Virus record (IMG/VR): IMGVR_UViG_3300045744_000007
Location: 1-64,000 of that record
Length of the DNA stretch: 64,000 nucleotides
Source: a virus
Lineage: Duplodnaviria > Heunggongvirae > Uroviricota > Caudoviricetes
Direction: 5' to 3' (one strand)
Under the pieces are notes generated by a model. The model saw only the letters and a program-made list of their open reading frames with translations, was not told the origin of the DNA and made no database searches. The position numbers and the translations under genes were made by a program. Shown piece by piece: positions 44,425 to 52,195 of the stretch (the stretch's first letter is position 1; each line of letters opens with the position of its first letter).

Positions 44425-44736
44425 ATGGGAGACAACGAGAACAGCCAGAGCGGCGGGGCCCTCCAGAACAACGTGGTCTACGCCTTTGCAGTCGGTGACA
44501 AGCTGATCGGGTCCTTCGTCCGGACCGGTGAGCCGATGAACCGGACCTATCACGTCAGCAACGGGGACGGGGAGGAGATCGGGCACGTCACGCGGTACCG
44601 GTACGTTGAGGCCATCCTCATGGTCCTGCTCCGGGACGCGATGATCGACACGGTGGTGGAAGAGGTCGAGGCCCCCAAGCTCATCGCGGATCTGGAGAAG
44701 TTCCTCGCCAACCCCATGGAGGGCTCCGATGGGTGA
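44425..44736 (+). CDS. hypothetical protein (leaderless)
   Basis: ATG 7 nt downstream of -10 TAGAGT. Confidence 0.5.
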   Translation: MGDNENSQSGGALQNNVVYAFAVGDKLIGSFVRTGEPMNRTYHVSNGDGEEIGHVTRYRYVEAILMVLLRDAMIDTVVEEVEAPKLIADLEKFLANPMEGSDG

Positions 44737-45250
44737 GGTGATCCGGAAGGACTTCTACAACGATCCCGACGCTCCGGTGGTGACCGACAAGAAGATCGGC
44801 TACGCCGCGAACGTGTACGTCCGGCATGGTCACTACGTCCTGGTCCAGCAACGGTCGGACAACGGCCAGTGGGCCCTCCCGGGGGGAATGCAGGACCCGG
44901 GCGAGTCCATCACCGAGACGGCGGTCAGGGAGTGTTTCGAGGAGACGGGGATCGAGGTCGAGATCAAGAGGCTGATCGGGGTCTACTCGGACCCGAAGCA
45001 CATCGTCGCCTACTACCGGGACGGTGAACTGCTCGGGGCGAGCCAGGAGGCTTCCATGCTCTTCTACGCGTACCCGATCGGGTCGCTGGAGACGAGGGCC
45101 AGTTCCGAGTCTTCGATCGTGGGCTGGTGTCCTGAGGAGCTGGTTCTCGACCTGGACATGGCTCCTTCGATGAAGAGGAGAATCGAGGACGCACTGAGTC
45201 CCCGCTGGCACAACGTTCCGATTCTTTTCCCGCCGGTAGGTGCATCGTGA
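44729..45250 (+). CDS. NUDIX hydrolase
   Basis: Nudix box GGMQDPGESITETAVRECFEETGIEVE. Confidence 0.75.
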   Translation: MGEVIRKDFYNDPDAPVVTDKKIGYAANVYVRHGHYVLVQQRSDNGQWALPGGMQDPGESITETAVRECFEETGIEVEIKRLIGVYSDPKHIVAYYRDGELLGASQEASMLFYAYPIGSLETRASSESSIVGWCPEELVLDLDMAPSMKRRIEDALSPRWHNVPILFPPVGAS

Positions 45251-45438
45251 AGACTTGGGTTTCGTTGGTGCTGATCCTCGTCGGAGCTACGGTCTTCGTG
45301 TTCGGTGGGGCGTACTTGGGTGTGAAGTGGCAGACGAAGCAGGACGAGCAGACTTGTTCTGCCCTTCACGGAGAGCGCATCAAGTACGTGAAGTCTCGCG
45401 CGCTCTGCCTGGATTCGGAAGGCCGAATTCTCAACTGA
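45247..45438 (+). CDS. small membrane protein
   Basis: GTG overlapping stop; TM helix; followed by hairpin. Confidence 0.5.
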   Translation: MKTWVSLVLILVGATVFVFGGAYLGVKWQTKQDEQTCSALHGERIKYVKSRALCLDSEGRILN

Positions 45439-45447
45439 AAGACCGGG

Positions 45448-45466
45448 CCGAAAGGCCCGTAACTCC
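45448..45466 (+). terminator. small hairpin GGGCCGAAAGGCCC after gene
   Basis: 5-bp GC stem, GAAA loop. Confidence 0.4.
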
Positions 45467-45536
45467 GCTTAGCTCAGTTGGAGAGAGCGCCACGCTACGA
45501 ACGTGGAGGCCGGGGGTTCGAGTCCCTCAGCGGAGG
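45462..45536 (+). tRNA. tRNA-Arg (ACG)
   Basis: acceptor CTCCGCT/AGCGGAG; anticodon arm CCACG-CTACGAA-CGTGG; T-loop TTCGAGT. Confidence 0.8.
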
Positions 45537-45537
45537 C

Positions 45538-45606
45538 TCAAGGCAAGGTTGGCTTAGGCGCGGCCAGGCAAGGTCTGGCTGGGTGCGGTTAGGTAGGGCA
45601 TGGGTT
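45538..45606 (+). repeat. GG-periodic repeat tract ending GGCATGGG
   Basis: same unit family. Confidence 0.5.
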
Positions 45607-45681
45607 CCACTGGAAAATAGAGAAAGGAGCGCGTCGTGCTATAGGCGCGAACCGTTCGCGCTGAGAGGAGATCTCAGCGAA

Positions 45682-46017
45682 ATGAGCCGAACTGACAAGA
45701 CCAGCCCTAGTTTCGTCAAGGCGTTGCGGCGCGAGGGCGCGACGATTAGCCACGACCACCGGGACGGGGTCTGCAACCTGGGAGTTCACTCCTGGTGGGG
45801 ACCGCGTCGGGATGCCGACTGGGGCTATCACTGCGACATCTACGTCGATGCGTACTCCTACCCGGGAAGCAAGGAGTGGCCGCGCCCCCGGTCGGTGAAG
45901 TGGGAGACGAAGAAGTGGCACCGTGCCGCCCGTAGATCGGCGAACGTCGAGCTGGCGAGGGGCGAGGAGCCTGAGCCGCTCAGGACCCGGAGGCGTGTGC
46001 TCTGGGACACCTACTGA
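45682..46017 (+). CDS. Cys/His-rich protein (paralog of 35204..35488)
   Basis: ATG; begins MSRTDKT. Confidence 0.55.
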   Translation: MSRTDKTSPSFVKALRREGATISHDHRDGVCNLGVHSWWGPRRDADWGYHCDIYVDAYSYPGSKEWPRPRSVKWETKKWHRAARRSANVELARGEEPEPLRTRRRVLWDTY

Positions 46018-46026
46018 AAGTAAGTA

Positions 46027-46099
46027 CGGCCTGTAGCTCAGAGGAAGAGCTGCGCTTTCCTAAAGCGCGAGTCGGAGGTTCGAATCCTCTCAGGCCGAC
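46027..46099 (+). tRNA. tRNA-Arg (CCT)
   Basis: acceptor CGGCCTG/CAGGCCG; anticodon loop TTCCTAA; T-loop TTCGAAT. Confidence 0.8.
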
Positions 46100-46186
46100 G
46101 CAAGGCAAGGTCGGGCTCGGTGAGGTCCGGCTAGGCGTGGCGCGCTACGGTGGGGCGCGGTATGGAATGGCGAGGCATGGGTTTCA
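46100..46186 (+). repeat. GG-periodic repeat tract ending GGCATGGG
   Basis: same unit family, between tRNAs. Confidence 0.5.
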
Positions 46187-46259
46187 CGGCCACTGGTCCA
46201 ATGGATAGGGCACCTGGCTTCTACCCAGGATGGTGGGGGTTCGAATCCCTCGTGGCCGA
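46187..46259 (+). tRNA. tRNA-Arg (TCT)
   Basis: acceptor CGGCCAC/GTGGCCG; anticodon arm CCTGG-CTTCTAC-CCAGG; T-loop TTCGAAT. Confidence 0.8.
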
Positions 46260-46261
46260 CG

Positions 46262-46362
46262 TGAGTGGTATGGCGGGGCTAGGTTAGGCACGGCCTGGTC
46301 GGGAGTGGCCCGGTATGGCTAGGTTAGGTCTGGCGTGGAGGGGCGCGGTATGGAACACCCCG
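46262..46362 (+). repeat. GG-periodic repeat tract ending GGTATGGAACAC
   Basis: same unit family. Confidence 0.5.
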
Positions 46363-46372
46363 GAGGTTGACG

Positions 46373-46600
46373 TTGGACTGCACGGTCGAGAAGCGTCGTC
46401 GTCCGGTCGGGGGAAACTGGGCTTACGCTCAGCCCTGGCGAGTTGTCTGCCCTGAGTGTGCTCAGCACATCAAGGGGAAGGATTTCCATAGCCCGCCACC
46501 AGGCTTCAGTTTTCACACCGTCTTCCACACCCGGAAGCAAGCAAAGGACGCCCTCCACGCGCACTACGTGGAGGTTCACGGCGGGCCCCGGAAGGCGTAA
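46373..46600 (+). CDS. Cys/His-containing small protein
   Basis: TTG 9 nt after GGAGG; CPECAQH motif. Confidence 0.45.
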   Translation: MDCTVEKRRRPVGGNWAYAQPWRVVCPECAQHIKGKDFHSPPPGFSFHTVFHTRKQAKDALHAHYVEVHGGPRKA

Positions 46601-46721
46601 GCCTGGGAGATCGGACCTGGCTCGGGCATAGGCTGCGCACCGCTCACGAATGCGATCGGTCGGCTGACGTGCGCTGGCGAGCTAAGGCCGGGGAGGTTCG
46701 ACTCCTTCCCCCGCCACACAG

Positions 46722-46750
46722 TTGACAAGAGTGAACTAGCGAGCTAGTAT
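46722..46750 (+). promoter_or_regulatory. promoter TTGACA-agagtgaactagcgagc-TAGTAT driving leaderless gene
   Basis: family motif; ATG 7 nt downstream. Confidence 0.6.
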
Positions 46751-46757
46751 TTCACTC

Positions 46758-46979
46758 ATGGAAACCACGCCGAACCTGCTCCAGCAGGCCAAGGGACAGG
46801 CCGCGAAGGCTGTCTCCAAGCAAGTGTGTGTCGAGGGCGAGGACGTCTACTTCCTGGAGGACACCAAGGCCAGGAAGCCCGGACACATCTACTCCCGGGC
46901 CGGTCTTCGGGAGTACGGAACCAGTGGTTGTTGTGAGTACCACTTCGATCTGTTCTTCGGGGAACCCGAGGAAGAGTAA
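46758..46979 (+). CDS. hypothetical protein (leaderless)
   Basis: ATG 7 nt downstream of -10 TAGTAT. Confidence 0.5.
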   Translation: METTPNLLQQAKGQAAKAVSKQVCVEGEDVYFLEDTKARKPGHIYSRAGLREYGTSGCCEYHFDLFFGEPEEE

Positions 46980-46981
46980 GG

Positions 46982-47040
46982 CGGGGCTTGGCTAGGTCGG
47001 GTAGGCCAGGGTTGGGCATTGGAACGGCATGGCATGGAAG
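46982..47040 (+). repeat. GG-periodic repeat tract ending GGCATGGAAG
   Basis: same unit family. Confidence 0.5.
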
Positions 47041-47044
47041 TCAT

Positions 47045-47119
47045 CTCCTCGTAGCGCAGTACGGATAGCGCGTCCCCCTCCGGAGGGGAAGGTCGCAGGT
47101 TCAAATCCTGCCGAGGAGG
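47045..47119 (+). tRNA. tRNA-Arg (CCG)
   Basis: acceptor CTCCTCG/CGAGGAG; anticodon loop CTCCGGA; T-arm GCAGGTTCAAATCCTGC. Confidence 0.8.
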
Positions 47120-47121
47120 CT

Positions 47122-47200
47122 TGCGGTGAGGCACGCCTAGGCAAGCTCAGGTAAGGCATGGCCGGGAACGGCTAGGCAAGGTTGGGCGAGGCATGGAATT
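47122..47200 (+). repeat. GG-periodic repeat tract ending GGCATGGAATTC upstream of rsr
   Basis: same unit family. Confidence 0.5.
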
Positions 47201-47270
47201 CGGTGCACTGTTCTAGATAATTACACCGCCCGGTGTAAAAGCATTGTGGATATCGGGAGGAGACACAGAA

Positions 47271-48896
47271 ATGGCAAAGATCAACGTCAAGAAGACCACG
47301 GCCCCGCTGAGAGGTCCGATCCGTTCCCTGAGCACGTTCCCGGACACGGCGACCTTCGAGGGTGCGAACGCCTATAGGCGTGACGCGAAGTCCGACCTGT
47401 TCCTGCTCGGAGCCTCGCTGTTCTCGGGTGAGGGCTCGTTCTACGAGACGGCAGAGGTTCGGGACGAGCGGTTCGTCACGCTCGTGAGAGAGGTCGCATC
47501 CCAGGACCCGGTGTGGATCGGGAAGTTCCTGGAGTGGCTGCGGTCGGTGGGCAACATCCGGACCGCCTCCATCATCGGGGCGATCGAGGCTGGTCGTGTG
47601 ATCAGCAAGATGTTCGCCAACGGTCAGGCGACCACCGAGGTCTCGGCGCGTTCCGTGCTGGCTTCGGTGTTGCAGAGGGCCGATGAGCCAGGTGAGGCCG
47701 TCGCCTACTGGAACGCCCACTACAGCGACGAGAAGCGGCCGAAGTGGTTCCGGCGTGCTCTGGGCGACGGTGCGGCGAAGCTCTACAGTGAGTACAGCGT
47801 CCTCAAGTACGACACCGACGCGTACAGCGTCCGGTTCGCGGACGTGCTGGCCGTGGCTGAGCCGGTGGGCGAGAAGGACCGGCCGCTCTACCTGTGGATC
47901 ATGAACCGGGGCAAGAAGGCCAACCGGCACCCGGAGCACGGACTGTTCTCCAACCCTCGGGTGGGGGACTTCTCCGAGGCTCTGCCGATGGCCGTGTTCG
48001 CTGAGCGGTTGAACAAGATGCCGAAGGACGAGGCTCGGGCGCTGTTGCTCAGTGGTCGGGAGTCGGAAGTTGCCAAGAAGGGCGGCCTCACCTGGGAGCA
48101 GTTGTCGGGCTTCGGGGCGATGGACAAGGCTGCCTGGGAGGCCGTGATTCCGAACATGGGATTCATGGGCCTGTTGAGGAACCTGCGGAACTTCGACCGG
48201 GCCGGGATCTCGAAGGCGAGCCAGGACTACGTGATCAACTACCTGACCGACCCGGCCAAGGTGGCGAAGTCGCGTCAGCTCCCGTTCCGGTTCCTGTCGG
48301 CGTACCTCGCTGCCGGGGACTCGGACACCTGGCGGGCTCCGTTGGGCGAGGCGCTGGACCTGGCGACGTCGAACATCCCGGACGAGCTGGGGGGTTCGAC
48401 CTTCATCGTCCTGGACACCAGTGCCTCGATGTTGGATCCGTTGTCCGAGAAGGGCTCGGTGTCGATGCACATGGCGGGGGCGGTCTTCGCCGCTGCGCTG
48501 GCGAAGAAGGCGAAGGGAGCGGTCCGGTTCGTGGAGTTCGCCACCACGGCCAAGGAGATCAAGCTGTCTCCGACCGCTTCGGTGCTCAAGCTGGCGTCTG
48601 ACTCCGTCGCTCGGAGTGGGCATGTGGGGCACGGAACCGACCTGGCCGGGGCGCTGCGGCTCTACCAGGGGGAGTCGAGAGTGATCATCTTCAGCGACTT
48701 TCAGACCAGCAGCTACGTCTACACCTCGAAGATCACGGCTCCGACGTATGGGTTCAATCTGGCAGGCTACGAGCCGACGATCGTGCCTGGTGGGAACTCG
48801 AACTGGGTCGAGCTGGGTGGCTTGTCCGACAGCACCTTCAAGATCATCCCGATCTTGGAGGAGCGCAAGCAGGGCAAGTGGCCGTGGGAGGCGTAG
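47271..48896 (+). CDS. rsr: Ro60/Rsr-like RNA-binding protein (TROVE-like helical domain + vWA domain)
   Basis: ATG after GGGAGGAGACACAG; ~540 aa, N-terminal alpha-helical region and C-terminal vWA with MIDAS DTSAS (FIVLDTSASM); architecture and size match bacterial Rsr. Confidence 0.55.
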   Translation: MAKINVKKTTAPLRGPIRSLSTFPDTATFEGANAYRRDAKSDLFLLGASLFSGEGSFYETAEVRDERFVTLVREVASQDPVWIGKFLEWLRSVGNIRTASIIGAIEAGRVISKMFANGQATTEVSARSVLASVLQRADEPGEAVAYWNAHYSDEKRPKWFRRALGDGAAKLYSEYSVLKYDTDAYSVRFADVLAVAEPVGEKDRPLYLWIMNRGKKANRHPEHGLFSNPRVGDFSEALPMAVFAERLNKMPKDEARALLLSGRESEVAKKGGLTWEQLSGFGAMDKAAWEAVIPNMGFMGLLRNLRNFDRAGISKASQDYVINYLTDPAKVAKSRQLPFRFLSAYLAAGDSDTWRAPLGEALDLATSNIPDELGGSTFIVLDTSASMLDPLSEKGSVSMHMAGAVFAAALAKKAKGAVRFVEFATTAKEIKLSPTASVLKLASDSVARSGHVGHGTDLAGALRLYQGESRVIIFSDFQTSSYVYTSKITAPTYGFNLAGYEPTIVPGGNSNWVELGGLSDSTFKIIPILEERKQGKWPWEA

Positions 48897-48899
48897 GTA

Positions 48900-49012
48900 C
48901 TCACTGAAAGGCACGGCCTGCTGTGGTGTGGCCTGCTGAGGTACGCCTCGGCGTGGTTCGGTATGCCCAGGCTCGGTCCGGTCTGGCTCGCTCGGGTAAG
49001 GCATGGGATAGA
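48900..49012 (+). repeat. GG-periodic repeat tract ending GGCATGGGATAGACC downstream of rsr
   Basis: same unit family. Confidence 0.5.
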
Positions 49013-49077
49013 CCTACGGGCCTGCTCTTCGGAGTGGGCCCGTAGGCGTTTTGTCACTCAGACCCGTATGTACTCCT

Positions 49078-50013
49078 ATGGCCTTGCGACGAGTGGCGAT
49101 CAGGAACTTTCAGAGCTTGGTCGAGGCCGATCTGGAGCTGGGCCGCTTCACTGTCGTCGTAGGCCCGTCCAGTTCGGGGAAGAGCGCCTTCATCCGGGCA
49201 CTCCGGACGTTGGCGACGAATCCTCGGGGCTCTTCCTTCGTGACGCAGGGAGCCAAGAGCGCGTCGATCGGGGTCGACACGGAGGATGGTGAAGTCTCCT
49301 GGTCGAGGTCGGGGAACTCAGTCACCTACAGGGTGAACGACGAGGCGTACTCGAAGCTGAATGGTGACGTCCCGGAGTCCGTCCTCGGGATGCTGGGGAT
49401 CACGGACCCGGAGCTGCATATAGCGGGACAGTTCGATCGGCCCTACCTGCTCAGTGCGTCAGCGGGTGAGATCGCTCGGACGCTCGGGGCGCTGACGAAC
49501 GTCTCGACCATCCTCGAAGCGGCCCGAGAAGCCGCTCGGAGAGGACGAGAAGTCTCCGGCGTCCTCAGGACACGGCGACTGGACCTGGAGCGCCTCAAGG
49601 AGGAGCTGACCGAGTTCGTCGGCTTCAAGGAGAGGCTGGCGGCACAGGACGAGGCGGAGGCCGTGCTGGCGCGAGCCAAGGCCGTCCAAGCGAAGTTGGA
49701 CCGGCTGTCTCAGCTTCGGGGTGAGCTGGAGAGGGCAGAGACGGCACTGGCGGTAGCCAAGTCTCGGTTGTTCGACCTGCCGGATGCCACGAGGGCGCGG
49801 AGTCTCGTAGAGACTTACCAGCGGCTCTCAGGAATCAAGATCGATCTGAAGAGGCTCAGTGTAACTGCCGCCAAGGCCGGGGGCGAGGCGGAGCAGTTGA
49901 GTCTAGACATCAAGAACATCGAGCAAGAACGATTGGATCTCCTACACGAGCTGGGGACTTGTCCGGTCTGTGGGAGCGATACGAAGGAGCTGATGCATGA
50001 AGTACAGAGTTGA
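49078..50013 (+). CDS. SbcC/Rad50-like ATPase, N-terminal half (Walker A + coiled coil + CPVC zinc hook)
   Basis: VVVGPSSSGKSAF Walker A; long coiled coil; terminal CPVCGSD hook motif. Confidence 0.6.
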   Translation: MALRRVAIRNFQSLVEADLELGRFTVVVGPSSSGKSAFIRALRTLATNPRGSSFVTQGAKSASIGVDTEDGEVSWSRSGNSVTYRVNDEAYSKLNGDVPESVLGMLGITDPELHIAGQFDRPYLLSASAGEIARTLGALTNVSTILEAAREAARRGREVSGVLRTRRLDLERLKEELTEFVGFKERLAAQDEAEAVLARAKAVQAKLDRLSQLRGELERAETALAVAKSRLFDLPDATRARSLVETYQRLSGIKIDLKRLSVTAAKAGGEAEQLSLDIKNIEQERLDLLHELGTCPVCGSDTKELMHEVQS

Positions 50014-50033
50014 GCGCGAGGTGGTCAAGAGTC

Positions 50034-50300
50034 GTGAGCGCTGAGCTGACGGCCGAGGACTGCGAGAAGCTCTACCTGACGAACCGGAGAGGTAAGACGC
50101 ATCTGTACTGGCCGAACGCCACGTACCCATCGCAGTTCAAGGTCGCACTGTGTGGAACCGTGCCGGAGTGGGGGAAGGACTGGCTCGGCCTGAACTCCGA
50201 GAAGGAGAAGAACGTCGCGCTGTCCCGCCGGATCTGTGGGGGCTGTGAGCGGTCTCTCAGGAAGATCAATCGTGATAGGGGGATCAGTGGAACGTCCTGA
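50034..50300 (+). CDS. Cys-rich small protein
   Basis: in-frame GTG after GAGGTGG. Confidence 0.45.
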   Translation: MSAELTAEDCEKLYLTNRRGKTHLYWPNATYPSQFKVALCGTVPEWGKDWLGLNSEKEKNVALSRRICGGCERSLRKINRDRGISGTS

Positions 50301-50553
50301 GTGGACCAAGGGTGCGTTGACGGTCGGGAATCTCAAGAAGCGCCTGGAGAACGCAGACGACTCCTGGGTCATTGCCTTTCCGATCGACGCTGAAGGCAAT
50401 GACTTCAAGTACGTGGTCTGTACTTCTACCGGCCACCTCTATCGCTACCCGGATGGGGACTTCACGGCACCTGACGTGGACGACGAAGACGAGGACTGGG
50501 ACGAGGACGACCCGGAGGTTGTCCCAGTGCTGTTCATGGAGCCGTACAACTGA
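50287..50553 (+). CDS. hypothetical protein with acidic C-terminus
   Basis: GTG after AGGGGGATCA. Confidence 0.45.
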   Translation: MERPEWTKGALTVGNLKKRLENADDSWVIAFPIDAEGNDFKYVVCTSTGHLYRYPDGDFTAPDVDDEDEDWDEDDPEVVPVLFMEPYN

Positions 50554-50708
50554 TGATGGATTGGTTCCAGCCGCCACTTCCTCTGAAAGAGAGTTGGCCT
50601 GAGCCCTTTGAGCCGGTGGAGTGGGAGGTTTTTCTTCGTGCCCGCGAGATAGCTCTCAAGGCTCAGCAGTGGAGCTGGATTACCTGGTGGCCTGGTCCCG
50701 ACTACTGA
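50553..50708 (+). CDS. small Trp-rich protein (tentative)
   Basis: ATG overlapping stop; not in track (<60 aa). Confidence 0.3.
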   Translation: MMDWFQPPLPLKESWPEPFEPVEWEVFLRAREIALKAQQWSWITWWPGPDY

Positions 50709-50724
50709 AGAGAAGGAGGAGAGC

Positions 50725-51744
50725 TTGAGTAGGTATCTCCTCGTTGGCGATATTCATCTGAGTGACCGGCCGCCCTCGGCGTGCACAGACACCTACCTGG
50801 ACGACCTCTTCGCCATCCTGGAGCACACGGTCCGGTTGGAGTCCGAGCTGGACGTGGCCGGGGTGATCTGGTCGGGAGACGTCTTCCACCACAAGCAGCC
50901 GTCCCGGACGTCGCACCGAACTGTGCAGCGCGCCATGGAGCTGGTGCAGGCGTACAAGCGGCTCTGGATCGTGCCGGGGAACCACGACATGCTCCACGAC
51001 CGGTTCGACTCTGTGGAGGCCACGCAGCCGCTCGGGGTCTTGCTCCGGGCCGGGGCCGAACTCCTGAACGGGTGGGAGAAGACGGGAGAGCACCCCATCT
51101 ATGGGGTTCCGTGGCTTCAGGAGTGGACCGAGGCGGCCGTCACCGAGGCGACCCGTGACTGGCACAAGAGACTCTTGGCTGAGGGTTGGCGGCAGATCAA
51201 GGAAGTTCCTGCGCCGTTCCTTCTTGTGTCGCACGCTCCGCTCTATCCCCCGTCGCTGGAGCTGCCTTACGAGTATTACCCGCTCCGAGACGAAGCGGAA
51301 GGAGACAACAAGTACGCCCGTCTCGGCTGGTCACGCCTGATGGGGAACCAGGGGTTCTGCTACTACGGTCACGTTCATGACGCGCATGGGACCTACGAGG
51401 TCGATGGCGTGATCTACTGCAACCAAGGCGCGATCACGCGAGGCTCTCTCGCAGAGTCGGACAAGAAGCGCGCCATCGCTGTGACGACCTGGAGTCCAGA
51501 GGAAGGCTTCGTTCGGGTCGACGTGCCGCATAAGCCTGCGGACGAGATCTATCGGGTCATGGAGATCCGAGCCAAGGAAGAGCAGCAGATTGCTCTCGAC
51601 TCCTTCCTGGACTCGATCGGCCAGACCCGGGTTGAGGTCACGTCGATCGAGGACGTGATCGAGCAGATCAGAGGCATGGGGCTGGGGGACGAGTTGGTCA
51701 CCCTGGTCACCGAACTGTTGGAGGAAGCTCGCGTTGGGCATTGA
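50725..51744 (+). CDS. sbcD: SbcD/Mre11-family nuclease (calcineurin-like phosphoesterase)
   Basis: TTG after GAAGGAGGAGAG; motifs GDIHL, GNHD, H..GH..D of metallophosphoesterases. Confidence 0.8.
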   Translation: MSRYLLVGDIHLSDRPPSACTDTYLDDLFAILEHTVRLESELDVAGVIWSGDVFHHKQPSRTSHRTVQRAMELVQAYKRLWIVPGNHDMLHDRFDSVEATQPLGVLLRAGAELLNGWEKTGEHPIYGVPWLQEWTEAAVTEATRDWHKRLLAEGWRQIKEVPAPFLLVSHAPLYPPSLELPYEYYPLRDEAEGDNKYARLGWSRLMGNQGFCYYGHVHDAHGTYEVDGVIYCNQGAITRGSLAESDKKRAIAVTTWSPEEGFVRVDVPHKPADEIYRVMEIRAKEEQQIALDSFLDSIGQTRVEVTSIEDVIEQIRGMGLGDELVTLVTELLEEARVGH

Positions 51745-51745
51745 G

Positions 51746-52195
51746 ATGATCTGCCTCGGCTGTTTGGACAAGCCGGTTCATCTACATGAGCCGAACAATC
51801 AGGGCGTGGTTCTGGTCGACGCTTCTCTTTTGTTGGGCCAGACCATCTATGGGGACAGCGCTCCGGGAGTGGTGGAGCTGACCGAAATGCTTTACGTCCT
51901 GGGACCGGTTCACGTCATCGGGACGTCAGCCTTCCCATTCTCTGAGTGGAAGAAGACCGTTCGCTTCCTGGGGGAGCAGAGGATCAAGGTAGATGCCCTG
52001 ATCCTTCCCAAGGAGAGCGACGACCCGTCAAGCTTCAAGGCTCTCTACGTCGAAGAACTGAAGGAGCGTGGCGTTTCGGTGCGCTTCGCTCTGGATGGAG
52101 ATCCGGCCGCCTACGAGAGCTACCAAGAACTCGGGGTGCCCTGTTCTCTGATTCGGCGTGCTCCGATTCTTCAGCCGGTAGGAGTTGCTGGGTGA
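51746..52195 (+). CDS. hypothetical protein
   Basis: ATG overlapping stop. Confidence 0.45.
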   Translation: MICLGCLDKPVHLHEPNNQGVVLVDASLLLGQTIYGDSAPGVVELTEMLYVLGPVHVIGTSAFPFSEWKKTVRFLGEQRIKVDALILPKESDDPSSFKALYVEELKERGVSVRFALDGDPAAYESYQELGVPCSLIRRAPILQPVGVAG

